Shown one piece after another: positions 39,623 to 49,284 of a DNA stretch of 64,000 nt (position 1 is the first letter of the stretch; each line of letters starts with the position of its first letter). The stretch comes from Parcubacteria group bacterium (GTDB lineage: Bacteria; Patescibacteriota; Minisyncoccia; Phycocordibacterales; WO2-35-19), in assembly GCA_012514175.1 (NCBI GenBank), contig JAAZAU010000012.1, forward strand, positions 110,897 through 174,896, written 5' to 3'. The notes under the pieces are model-generated. The model searched no databases. It saw nothing but the letters and a program-made list of their open reading frames with translations, and was not told where the DNA came from. The translations under genes and the position numbers were made by a program.

Positions 39623-40897
39623 ATGTTTGTATCAATTAAAAAAACAACAACTGTAACACTTGCTCTAGTTTTGTTATTGGGCGTGGTTCATAAAACTAAA
39701 GCAGAATCCGTTGCCGAACTCAAACAAAACATCCAAAACAATGTAGACAAAATCAAACAACTAGACGAAGAAATAAAAATTTACGAGAAACAGATAGAAA
39801 CCACCAACAGTCAAGCTCAAACGTTAAAAAACACTATTCAGGTGCTTGATATTAACCAAAAAAAGATAAGCACAGAAATTCAAAAAACCGAAACTAATAT
39901 TAAAAAGACGAACTTGACAATACAAGATATAAGTGATGAAATAAAAACAATTGAAGCTAAGATGGAAGCCAACACCAAAGCTATCGCTAAGGCTATAAAT
40001 AGCATTCATCAACACGACGAACAATCTCTGATAGAAAGTTTTCTTACCAACAACAGCCTAACCGACGTGTTAGACAAATACGAATCTATCACGAAATTTC
40101 AAGAAAATGTGCGAGATAAATCAAAAGAGCTTGAGGCTCACAAAAAAGAACTTTCTGAAAAAAGAAATTTAAGCGAAAAAGAAAAAAGTAATTTGGTCTC
40201 TTTTAAATCAGAATTAAATGATCAAAATCAAATTCTGGCGAATAATAAGAAAGAGAAAAGCAATCTTTTAAGCGCGACTCAAAATAAAGAGGCTGAGTAT
40301 AAAAAAATATTAGCGGCCAGACAAGCTGAGAAAGAAAGATTTGAAAAAGAATTGTTTGATTTTGAATCTAGACTTAAAAGGGCTATTGATCCAAACAGTT
40401 TTCCGTCTAGCGGTAAAGGCATCTTTTCTTGGCCAGTAGATCCTGTCCGTATCACTCAATATTTCGGCAAAACTGCCGATTCTAAGAGACTTTACACATC
40501 AGGAACTCACAACGGTGTTGATTTTGGTGTCAGTCGTGGCACTCCTGTTAAATCAACTTTGAAAGGGGTAGTTCGGGGTACCGGCAATACCGATGAGCAA
40601 AAAGGTTGTTATTCCTATGGCAAATGGATACTTATAGACCACCCAAACGGTTTATCCACGCTCTACGCTCATTTAGACCTTATTAAAGTCTCCGCCGGAC
40701 AAGCCGTAGAAACTGGTCAAGTAATCGGTTATAGCGGTAATACTGGCTATTCAACTGGTCCACATTTGCACCTCACTGTTTACGCCACTCAAGGTATCGT
40801 TGGAATTCAAAAATATTCTTCCAGTAAAAATTGTAAAAATGTTAGTATACCGATAGCTGACGTTAAAGCTTATTTAGACCCAATGCTGTATTTCTAA
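39623..40897 (+). CDS. Coiled-coil M23 peptidase (murein hydrolase)
   Basis: Signal peptide, long coiled coil, HNGVD, LYAHL, STGPHLH. Confidence 0.92.
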   Translation: MFVSIKKTTTVTLALVLLLGVVHKTKAESVAELKQNIQNNVDKIKQLDEEIKIYEKQIETTNSQAQTLKNTIQVLDINQKKISTEIQKTETNIKKTNLTIQDISDEIKTIEAKMEANTKAIAKAINSIHQHDEQSLIESFLTNNSLTDVLDKYESITKFQENVRDKSKELEAHKKELSEKRNLSEKEKSNLVSFKSELNDQNQILANNKKEKSNLLSATQNKEAEYKKILAARQAEKERFEKELFDFESRLKRAIDPNSFPSSGKGIFSWPVDPVRITQYFGKTADSKRLYTSGTHNGVDFGVSRGTPVKSTLKGVVRGTGNTDEQKGCYSYGKWILIDHPNGLSTLYAHLDLIKVSAGQAVETGQVIGYSGNTGYSTGPHLHLTVYATQGIVGIQKYSSSKNCKNVSIPIADVKAYLDPMLYF

Positions 40898-40937
40898 TTT
40901 TAATGCGTTAAAAATAAATTAGTTTAGCAGAAACCCA

Positions 40938-41201
40938 ATGAAAACTTTCAAAAATAAAAACAACAAAGGTTTTATCAAGATCAAAGTAATTTTGATTATA
41001 ATCGCCATATTAGTGGTATTAAAGTATGTCTACGATATAGATATCGTCGGTTTTTTGACTCAAGGCAAATTTAAAGAGCTTTTAGATAAATTTTATAATT
41101 TAAGTCTTAAAGGTTGGGAAAAATACAAAGACACCGTAATGCAAGTTTGGAATTTGCTGGTTGGGTTCATAAAGGGTCTTTTTGCTAAACTCACAAAATA
41201 A
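40938..41201 (+). CDS. Small membrane protein
   Basis: 87-aa ORF, KGF followed by a hydrophobic segment. Confidence 0.6.
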   Translation: MKTFKNKNNKGFIKIKVILIIIAILVVLKYVYDIDIVGFLTQGKFKELLDKFYNLSLKGWEKYKDTVMQVWNLLVGFIKGLFAKLTK

Positions 41202-41344
41202 TAGGAGAGAACCACCGAAAGAAAAATAAAAAAAATAATTTTCTTTAAAATTAATTTGTCTCTAAAAAATAATTTTAATAATGGGGAAGGGGTTTTATCA
41301 TTAATTTTATAAAGTAAGCACTGTATTAGAATTATTACATAATG

Positions 41345-41372
41345 ACTACTACAAAGGTATATTGTGCGACGT
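41345..41372. other. dif-like Xer recombination site candidate
   Basis: ACTACTACAAA-GGTATA-TTGTGCGACGT (11-6-11, AA|N6|TT), intergenic, at the coding-strand switch. Confidence 0.5.
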
Positions 41373-41462
41373 TCATACTATCTAAAAACAACTTAAAGAA
41401 ATTAATAAAAAAATGAAAGATGAACCTAATCATTCGCTTCCCTTTACCTAACCAGTAAGACA

Positions 41463-41504
41463 AAAATAAAATCCCCTAGTCCGAGAACTAGAGGATTTTA
41501 TTTT
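41463..41504 (-). terminator. Terminator
   Basis: aaaataaaatcc.ctagt-loop-actag.ggattttatttt. Confidence 0.7.
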
Positions 41505-41512
41505 AAAATTCA

Positions 41513-41986
41513 TTACCTATTGATTGCCAAATCTGTATATTCGGAATAGGCGACTGTTTTGGTCCAACATTTAGAAGAGGAGCTCCAAGGTTTGACGCCA
41601 TACTTCTCAAAGAGATATCTAGCGTAAGCTGTGTTCCCTTCTAGGGTGAGGATATCAAATCCTAATTTTTCCGAATCTTCACTGTGATAGTATTCGTTGA
41701 TTTGCATTACTCCCCTGTCAAGATTGTTTACTTCACCACGCAACACATTTCCATTTTTGTCATATTGACGGAAACGAGATTCACATCTAGCAACTTCAAT
41801 CATAATCGGAATATCTGAAAAGTAACTTCTCACATATTCCTCAACAGTCATATTTCTTTCAACTACTTCTTTCTTCGCCTCACTTGGCAAAACATTTTTC
41901 GTTTGTATAACTTCCGGTGTTATAGCAGGAGCAAGAGATGATCCATTAAAACCTATAACCGTTGAAGCCAACATCACGAATCCCAA
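41513..41986 (-). CDS. Lytic transglycosylase-like (lysozyme fold) secreted protein
   Basis: VARCES, DRGVMQIN, GNTAYA, PWSSS.CW; start uncertain. Confidence 0.78.
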   Translation of the reverse strand: MGFVMLASTVIGFNGSSLAPAITPEVIQTKNVLPSEAKKEVVERNMTVEEYVRSYFSDIPIMIEVARCESRFRQYDKNGNVLRGEVNNLDRGVMQINEYYHSEDSEKLGFDILTLEGNTAYARYLFEKYGVKPWSSSSKCWTKTVAYSEYTDLAINR

Positions 41987-42358
41987 AGCGGTAGTTTGGA
42001 AAATAAGCCGATTGTTTAATTTTAATCTACTCTAATCCCCTAGCCTACCTTTGATAGACTTTGCATTTTTAGTTTGGGATTAAAATAGTAGAGATACATT
42101 TTCAGAAAACCTCAAGCGCGAACCTTAACTCTGTTTTAGAGTATAAATTTATACTTGAGCCAAAAAGTTTCTCTATATTACCTTCTTGATTTGTGAAAAC
42201 CTTGTCAAAAAAGCAAAAATCCAGTATTACTGGACCTACATATATATTAGCATTTTTTGCTCTTGCTGTCAAGAGTAAAATGTGTTCAAATTTGTGTTCC
42301 AAAAATGGCTCTATTGAGCCATTTTTTAGATAATTTTTAAAGAAAATCCGCTCAAAAA

Positions 42359-43684
42359 TTAGAATTCTTTGTAGTTTGGATTGATCGCAAAATTAGCGTG
42401 AACAGTCTTGTTGCCCGTAGCAGTTAGGGTGCAAGTCCCTCCAGAACCATCAGCTTCCTTTGTGGAACCCCCATCGCAAACAGTTGAATCACTCCAACCC
42501 ACAAATATGCGACCAGTAGACGGTGTAGCGGTTAAAGTAATCTCTTCACCTTCTTCAAATTTAGCAGATTGAGAAGAACACCCTTCCCCGCATTTAATAC
42601 CATCAGGGCTACTAACCACAACTCCCTGACCAGATTTTATAACAGTAATATCAAATTCCTGATTAAGAATTTTGATTAAAACATTCGCGTAAGAATTGGT
42701 GCCTGCCGGACTACAATTTATTTCATAAGTGGTATTTACCACTGGACTGACAGAGAAAGTTCTTGAATCATTAGGATAATTCAAAGACGAACCATAACCA
42801 GTAACAGTGCAGTTGGTAGCGTTTTGATACGAAAAAGTGATATTGGCGCTATTACCTTTCTTTATTTCTGTCGGGCTGGCACTTATATTAACAGTTGCAG
42901 CAACTGGAGTGGCATAATTAGCTATCACAGTCTTATTAGAATTCACTTTAACGTTACAAGTGCGACCAGTTACAGAATTACAACCATGCCAAGCGGAAAA
43001 GGTTTGACCTCCCACAGTAGCAGGAGCGGTCACAGAAACATCGCTATTATGATAAACGTTGTAAGTTCTTTGGAATGGTGTTGAGCCGTTTGCATTACCC
43101 GCCACATCAGCTGGTGACACAACCATCGTTACCCCGCTTGCAGGATTATTGGAACTTATTGAAAGAGTGCGGAATAACCCGCCGACACTAACACCAGAGA
43201 AATCAACCCAACCAACAACACTTGAACCCCAAGCAAAACCAGAAAAACTACCCGTTTCAGTATTAAAAGAAACAGAATTAGAATGCCCATCTAGACGAAT
43301 CCAGCCATCCCAACCATCAGTCCGGCTAGTCATTGAAGAACAATTACCAGAAGCGGTTCCCGCGCAAGCCCGAATCCAACCGGTAACTTTTCCCGTAGAG
43401 AAATCAATAAGAGCATTGCCCCCTACCCCTCCCGGAAAAGAACTGAGACCACCAAATTTTACCCAGCCAATATTTTCCGACCAGGCATAACCGCCCAATA
43501 CACCATTGACATCATCAAGATAGACTCCACCATACGCTGGAGTCATATCTATCCAACCGATAGTTTCCGACCAGGCATAACCGGAAACACTAGTCACAGC
43601 AGAAAGTGCTCGAGCAGGAGCTATATTGAAAAACAAAACGGATACCATTATCAAACAGAGAAATATCAAAGTCTTATTTTTCAT
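42359..43684 (-). CDS. Secreted surface protein with GYAWS repeats and InlB-B-repeat-like C-terminal domain
   Basis: Signal peptide; SGYAWSETIGWI, GGYAWSENIGWV, SGFAWGSSVVGWV; LTATP..GRIFVGWS; ends PNYKEF. Confidence 0.75.
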   Translation of the reverse strand: MKNKTLIFLCLIMVSVLFFNIAPARALSAVTSVSGYAWSETIGWIDMTPAYGGVYLDDVNGVLGGYAWSENIGWVKFGGLSSFPGGVGGNALIDFSTGKVTGWIRACAGTASGNCSSMTSRTDGWDGWIRLDGHSNSVSFNTETGSFSGFAWGSSVVGWVDFSGVSVGGLFRTLSISSNNPASGVTMVVSPADVAGNANGSTPFQRTYNVYHNSDVSVTAPATVGGQTFSAWHGCNSVTGRTCNVKVNSNKTVIANYATPVAATVNISASPTEIKKGNSANITFSYQNATNCTVTGYGSSLNYPNDSRTFSVSPVVNTTYEINCSPAGTNSYANVLIKILNQEFDITVIKSGQGVVVSSPDGIKCGEGCSSQSAKFEEGEEITLTATPSTGRIFVGWSDSTVCDGGSTKEADGSGGTCTLTATGNKTVHANFAINPNYKEF

Positions 43685-43702
43685 AATTTTATATAACTAT
43701 TA

Positions 43703-45043
43703 TTATTGTTTCCAAATATAAACATAACCATCCCCACCTGCACCAGCAGTACATTGATCATGAGACGCACCACCACCGCCACCACCACTTACACCACTTG
43801 TAGCGTTTGTAGTATTACTACAATTTCCACTCCCTCCTCTTCTTGTGCCACCTCTACCACCAAATGGACCACCGCCATTACCTCCAGGGACAGAGTCTTC
43901 GTCGTCGGTATTTTTAATAGGCATTCCGCCAAGACCTCCGGCTATTCTGATTGTATCTGCAGTCGCACTTTTTCCAACACCTCCCCCAAAGCCACAAGAA
44001 CAAACGGTGCTAGCGCACAAAGTATGCCCACCATTATCTATATAACACCCGCCTTTACCACCATAAGCCACAAGAGAAGTGCCCCCTATGCTCATAGTAG
44101 TGTTACCACCATTTCCTCCTGTTTGAAATGTGGCAGATCCTCCATAACCTCCAACTCCCACATTACCATTTACAGTAGTTGCAGTATCGAGAGTAACTCT
44201 ATGATAAACTGTTTCCCCTTCTCCACCACCACCGCCAGATTCGGGGTTGCTATCGTTCCAGCTAGCACCACCACCACCACCACCAGCACCTTTCATTTCT
44301 ATAATATAAGTTCCTGGCTCCAAATTAGCCGAAAAATTACCAGAACCAGTTTGACTGAAAGCTAAACTTTCTCCCAAAAACGGTCCGGAATTGGCAGAAC
44401 CACCAGGCGCTTGCCAACTAGCGTTACCAGACGCATCAGAAGTCAAAACCTTCCCAACACCAGGAGAACCTCCGGAGATTTTCACTGTGCCATTTACATC
44501 AAGATTAGCAGAAGGATTTTGGACACCAATACCAACCTTACCGTTAAAATAAGTATTGTTTGTGTTTACATCCATACGAACTATATAGTCGTCGTGATTA
44601 CGACCTATCCAAAGAAAATTTATTGTTTCTGCGGAGTAACCATGGCCACCATAGCCTCCAAGCAGTGCAGAACCATCAGAAGTAGAGAAGCCAAATCTTC
44701 TAGACCAACCTCCACCAGGAGCAGCCGAAATAGCAACACCATAAGCAGGTTGATTATATGAAATTCTCACAAGATTTTGAACATTCAAAACTCCATTTAG
44801 AACAAAACCTCCATTAACTGTCAAAACGTTAGCACCAGCAACACCCATATTCAAAATTTTATTACCAGCAAAAATTTGTTTGTTGGTGCTGATGTTGATT
44901 GGCGCTGAAACGTTATTGCCAGGAGGTTCCGCCGTCGGCGCAGTCCAGCTGTAAGCTATTCCTACAAAACCCGTAACTGCAAAGCAAACAGCAATAGTTA
45001 TGATGATTTGTTTTATATTCCGCATATTTTTTAAATTAATCAA
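43703..45043 (-). CDS. Fibre/adhesin-like protein with glycine-rich C-terminal domain
   Basis: WTAPTAEPPGNNVSAPIN, GKVGIG..P.ANLDVNG, GKVLTSDASGNASWQ, many GGG runs. Confidence 0.7.
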   Translation of the reverse strand: MINLKNMRNIKQIIITIAVCFAVTGFVGIAYSWTAPTAEPPGNNVSAPINISTNKQIFAGNKILNMGVAGANVLTVNGGFVLNGVLNVQNLVRISYNQPAYGVAISAAPGGGWSRRFGFSTSDGSALLGGYGGHGYSAETINFLWIGRNHDDYIVRMDVNTNNTYFNGKVGIGVQNPSANLDVNGTVKISGGSPGVGKVLTSDASGNASWQAPGGSANSGPFLGESLAFSQTGSGNFSANLEPGTYIIEMKGAGGGGGGASWNDSNPESGGGGGEGETVYHRVTLDTATTVNGNVGVGGYGGSATFQTGGNGGNTTMSIGGTSLVAYGGKGGCYIDNGGHTLCASTVCSCGFGGGVGKSATADTIRIAGGLGGMPIKNTDDEDSVPGGNGGGPFGGRGGTRRGGSGNCSNTTNATSGVSGGGGGGASHDQCTAGAGGDGYVYIWKQ

Positions 45044-45068
45044 TAATTAAATAACAAATTTATTAATT

Positions 45069-45395
45069 TTATAAATTTTCCATTTCTTTAGTTTGTTCAG
45101 AAACAAGATCTCCTTCTGCTTCATTTCCTTCATTTTCTTTTTCTAGATTATTCATTTCATTCATTTGAGCATCCAAGGTTTCTTCAGACGCAGGCTGAAA
45201 ATCGTTGCTGTTTACTATTTTTTCCATTTCTCTCAATTGCCCTGAAATAATCTCCTCTTCTGTTGGAGATTTGGCTTTGTTATAAAAATATATAGAAAGA
45301 ATAATTACTGCTATCAATAACAAAACACCCGCAACCCACCAGATAAGTTTAGATTTGGAAAAGCCAGACATATTTTTGTATTTTGATTTTGACAT
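45069..45395 (-). CDS. Single-pass membrane protein with acidic tail
   Basis: N-terminal TM segment. Confidence 0.6.
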   Translation of the reverse strand: MSKSKYKNMSGFSKSKLIWWVAGVLLLIAVIILSIYFYNKAKSPTEEEIISGQLREMEKIVNSNDFQPASEETLDAQMNEMNNLEKENEGNEAEGDLVSEQTKEMENL

Positions 45396-45449
45396 ATTTA
45401 TGTATTGTATATAAAAAATTTAGATTTTGATAGATTTATTTGTAGATAA

Positions 45450-46493
45450 CTAAAATTCTTTATAATTTGGGTCAACAATAAAGTTGGCTTTTACGTTTTT
45501 AGCGTCATTCATTATAAGGTTGCAGAGTCCCAAACCGGTGCAATCACCACTCCAACCGGCAAATTTTCTTCCTGGATTTGGTCTAGCAAACAAAGTAATT
45601 TTTGTATCTGGTAAATAATCAGAAATACAAGCGCCTCCGCAGTTAATACCGGGCTGACTTGGATCAACAAGCGTGCTAAAAACCAAACCTTGACCACTTT
45701 TTTCTACTTTCAAACTAAAAGGAGTTGGAGGTGAAGAAACATTTATAGACACGTTATCATTTATTGGTAAACCATTACTACCCCAACAGGTTAAAGAATA
45801 AGAATAAGAACCTGGACCGATTAGATTACCAGTTTCAAAACTACCAGAATCAGCGCCATCAGTAGCGTCAAATCCTGGGAAACTAGGAAAAGTAGCCGTG
45901 CAAGAATTTGCATTACTGTAATTCCAATAAACCGTAGTGCCAGTATTATTACTTAAGTTTTCGTTAAGAGCGGACATATTGACGGTGGCAGGAGTAGGTT
46001 CGGGAGTAGGACCTGTACCCGGACCTGAGCCTGGGTCTGTGCCTGGATCTGGATTTTCTGGGTCTGGTGTTGGACCTGGATCAATACAGTCTGCATCTGA
46101 ACCACACATATTCTCAGTAGCGGTGCCAGTGCTGTCTATTTGGCAAGATTGATTTTGACAAATTAAATAATTATTGGCTGGTTCTGGCTCAACACACTGA
46201 CATTCTCTACCTTTATCGCACTTAATAGAAGTAGTAAATTCATTAGAAAGTATGCACTGCTCCCAACCAAGCCAACTGCAGGTGGCTACTTTGCCAACTT
46301 CACAATCACAGGTGTTGAAAACCGGTCTTACACAATCGTGTCTTCCGTCCCTTCCGTTATAACAAGCTTCACCGCCAACATACGTCCCTTCTGGAGTAAA
46401 TTCTGGCAGACCGCGACAAACCAGAGCGTCGGCGCAAGAAGGTAAAAATAAAATAAAAGCAGCGATTATAGAAAATTTTAAAAATAACTTCAT
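45450..46493 (-). CDS. Secreted Cys-rich surface protein with Pro-rich linker and InlB-B-repeat-like domain
   Basis: Signal peptide, Cys-rich N-domain, PGPTPDPENPDPG linker, GRKFAGWSGDC, ends PNYKEF. Confidence 0.75.
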   Translation of the reverse strand: MKLFLKFSIIAAFILFLPSCADALVCRGLPEFTPEGTYVGGEACYNGRDGRHDCVRPVFNTCDCEVGKVATCSWLGWEQCILSNEFTTSIKCDKGRECQCVEPEPANNYLICQNQSCQIDSTGTATENMCGSDADCIDPGPTPDPENPDPGTDPGSGPGTGPTPEPTPATVNMSALNENLSNNTGTTVYWNYSNANSCTATFPSFPGFDATDGADSGSFETGNLIGPGSYSYSLTCWGSNGLPINDNVSINVSSPPTPFSLKVEKSGQGLVFSTLVDPSQPGINCGGACISDYLPDTKITLFARPNPGRKFAGWSGDCTGLGLCNLIMNDAKNVKANFIVDPNYKEF

Positions 46494-47062
46494 ATTGATT
46501 TAGGTAAAACTTGTATTGAAACCTCAACGAGATCAGTTTCTAATTGTGCAAGATTAATTTGGATTTGATATTTGGTCCCTTCTATTTCAATCATCCCAAA
46601 CTTTTCACCATAACTAGAATACAAAACATTGCTATCTTGGAACGAACTGAAGAAATCTGAAAAAATTTGAGCTAATTCCCCATTTTTATTATATAAAAAA
46701 CTATAACCTGCTCCACCCTTAAAATCTAATTTTAAGTATCTCGCTTCGTTTACTGAATCGGTCGGCACAAAAATAACTAAATTTGAAGGCAAATCTTCTT
46801 TTTTAATTTCTGTCAATGAATCAGCTTTAGGAATAGCTATTGTAGATTTTTGAGAAATAACTAAACGTTCTTTAACAAGAGCTTCGTCTAATTTTCTTTC
46901 ATTTAAAACAGGCTCTTCTGTTATAAAAGATGATTCGTTAACTGCTTTGTAGACAAAAAGAGAAACAAGACCCAAAAACAAAAAAATCCCCACCACAAAC
47001 AAAAGAACTAGAAGTTTCTTGTCAGTGTTGGTGTTAGTATTGGGTTGAAACTCGTCTGGCAT
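46490..47062 (-). CDS. Single-pass membrane protein
   Basis: TM near N-terminus; ATGA overlap with next gene. Confidence 0.6.
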   Translation of the reverse strand: MPDEFQPNTNTNTDKKLLVLLFVVGIFLFLGLVSLFVYKAVNESSFITEEPVLNERKLDEALVKERLVISQKSTIAIPKADSLTEIKKEDLPSNLVIFVPTDSVNEARYLKLDFKGGAGYSFLYNKNGELAQIFSDFFSSFQDSNVLYSSYGEKFGMIEIEGTKYQIQINLAQLETDLVEVSIQVLPKSI

Positions 47063-47140
47063 TATGGATATATTTTAACATGTTCAAAATTTACCAAACA
47101 AAAAACTGTGTATAAGACATTTATTGAAAAACCGATGTTT

Positions 47141-47833
47141 TTACTTTTTTAAAGCCTCGTCTATAACTGTTTTAAAAGCTTCATAAGATTGAGCGCCAAC
47201 CAATTTTTGACCGTTGATAATAAAAACTGGAGTGCCATTTACTCCGACGTTTTGTCCATCTTTGAAATCAGCCGAAACCACCTTGCTAGTTGACCCCGAA
47301 TCTAAACAAGAATTGAATTGTGCCATATTAAGACCGAGCTCTTCAGCGTATTTTTTTAGATCCGAAACAGCGAGACCGGTTCCATCGCCGTTACCATTTT
47401 TAAAGAGTAAATCGTGATAAGGCCAAAATTGACCTTGTTTGTTAGCACACTCCCCTGCCTCTGCTGATTTTTGAGCATTTGTATGACCTGGTAATGGAAA
47501 ATGACGAAAAATTATTTTGATTTTATCGGTATCAACATAATTAGTTTTAATCTTTTCAAAAGTCTCTTGCGTAAATTTTTTAGAATATGGACACTGAAAA
47601 TCAGAAAATATAAAAAGTTCCACTTTCCCTTTACCCATAGTGGGAGCATCTTTTCTGGCATTAACTTTAATAGTTTGAGTTGCGCTTTCATTTTCAACTT
47701 TCTCTTCTCCTCCTCCAAAAGAGAGCTTGCCAGCGCTAAAACCAATACTAACAGCAATAAAAACCGATCCCAATAAAATACTTATGGGGATCAATAAATC
47801 TTTAAATTTTATTTCATTTATATTCCAAAACAT
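47141..47833 (-). CDS. DsbA/BdbD-like thioredoxin-fold protein
   Basis: FSDFQCPYS, RHFPL, GVNGTP; CxxS rather than CxxC. Confidence 0.88.
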   Translation of the reverse strand: MFWNINEIKFKDLLIPISILLGSVFIAVSIGFSAGKLSFGGGEEKVENESATQTIKVNARKDAPTMGKGKVELFIFSDFQCPYSKKFTQETFEKIKTNYVDTDKIKIIFRHFPLPGHTNAQKSAEAGECANKQGQFWPYHDLLFKNGNGDGTGLAVSDLKKYAEELGLNMAQFNSCLDSGSTSKVVSADFKDGQNVGVNGTPVFIINGQKLVGAQSYEAFKTVIDEALKK

Positions 47834-47883
47834 TTTTTTAATTTAATCTTTTTTCGTTGCGTTAGCAATAACATATTATAAAA

Positions 47884-48339
47884 TTATTTTAAACCTTTAC
47901 AGTTACTGGCTGGAGTATAACCAGCTTTGCGAGCTTCTTCAATTGAGCTAAAGGTAATGAGATTTTTAGCAGAAATTTGTTTAGCTCCAGCGCACCACGG
48001 ATAATGATATTTAGTGCCATTTTTTGAAGCCACCACAGCGCCAGCAACCATAGTGGAATTCATAGTAGTGTCAGGTTGTTCTACTCCCACCTGCCCTTGT
48101 TGACCAGAAAACGTTTTATCTAAAACCCCCTTCGTTTCCTCTTCTCCAGAAATTATTCTCACCGGCATTTTTTTATCTTGCAAACCAGAAATCCTACCCA
48201 AAGAAAAACCGATCACCGCCACCAAAATAATAATTAAAGGCACAAAATATTTACCTGTTAAAACAACTTCTATTTTAGACCTCCAACCTTCCGTTTTTAC
48301 CTCTTCAAACTCTTCTGTTTTGATATATTCTTCCTCCAT
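47884..48339 (-). CDS. Membrane protein with Ada-like metal-binding domain
   Basis: VASKNGTKYHYPWC, EEARKAGYTPASNC. Confidence 0.75.
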   Translation of the reverse strand: MEEEYIKTEEFEEVKTEGWRSKIEVVLTGKYFVPLIIILVAVIGFSLGRISGLQDKKMPVRIISGEEETKGVLDKTFSGQQGQVGVEQPDTTMNSTMVAGAVVASKNGTKYHYPWCAGAKQISAKNLITFSSIEEARKAGYTPASNCKGLK

Positions 48340-48435
48340 TTTTTAACTGGAAATTGTCTCTTGCATTTAAATTAAAGTTAAGTTATACTTCTAGCTGTTA
48401 GTAATTATAGCAGATTTTAGTATTTACCTTATATT

Positions 48436-48708
48436 ATGGCACGGAAAAAAGCCGCAGGCTCAACAAAGAACGGGCGAGATTCAAACCCAAAATATTTAGG
48501 TGTTAAACTCACCGACGGCAGTTTTGCTAATGTTGGTTCTATTATAATACGCCAAAGAGGTTCAGATGTATTGCCTGGAGACGGTGTCGGCATAGGTCGT
48601 GATCACACTCTTTTCGCTCTTAAATCAGGCACAGTTAAGATGTCCACCAAAAGGAAAGTTCATTTTGATGGTTCAACTCTCATAAAAAAAGTGGCTTCTA
48701 TAATTTAA
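48436..48708 (+). CDS. rpmA: 50S ribosomal protein L27
   Basis: [27 protein letters not shown]. Confidence 0.97.
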   Translation: MARKKAAGSTKNGRDSNPKYLGVKLTDGSFANVGSIIIRQRGSDVLPGDGVGIGRDHTLFALKSGTVKMSTKRKVHFDGSTLIKKVASII

Positions 48709-48769
48709 TTTATAAAACTATAAAACCAATGACAATCGCAAGCTTTCAAGTATTTTGTAGGCTTGTTTT

Positions 48770-49213
48770 TTATTCTTTTTCAACAATTACTTTAAATTCA
48801 GTTTTACTGCTACCAATTGAAACTAAAACCGTATGCTCCCCTATTTCTTTTATCGGTTCTTCTACAGATAAAAATTCCGCACCTATTTCAATACTCGCTT
48901 GTTCTTTTAGTGCTTTAACAATCTCGTCTGGATGAACCTGCTCAAATAGGTTGCCTTTTTCATTACTCTTCTTTTTTAAGACTACCGCAACATTTTTTAA
49001 AGTCTCTATTTGTTTCTCTGCCAACTTCTCTTTAATTTCCATTTCTACGACAGCATTCATTTTAGAAATTTCTGCTCTTTTCACTGCTTCTGGAGAAGCG
49101 TGTTCAGCTAATTTGTTCGGTATTAAAAAATTGTTAGCGTAACCAGCGGAAACGTCTTTAATTTCAAATTTTCTCCCCACACCTTTTACGTCTTGTTTTA
49201 ATATAACTTTCAT
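48770..49213 (-). CDS. rplI: 50S ribosomal protein L9
   Basis: MKVILKQDVKGVG, GYANNFLIP, PIKEIGEH. Confidence 0.95.
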   Translation of the reverse strand: MKVILKQDVKGVGRKFEIKDVSAGYANNFLIPNKLAEHASPEAVKRAEISKMNAVVEMEIKEKLAEKQIETLKNVAVVLKKKSNEKGNLFEQVHPDEIVKALKEQASIEIGAEFLSVEEPIKEIGEHTVLVSIGSSKTEFKVIVEKE

Positions 49214-49284
49214 AAGCACAATATAGCACAAAATAACAAAAACACGTAATTTCTTTTTTTATGCAAAAAAAGATTAAAAGTAGA

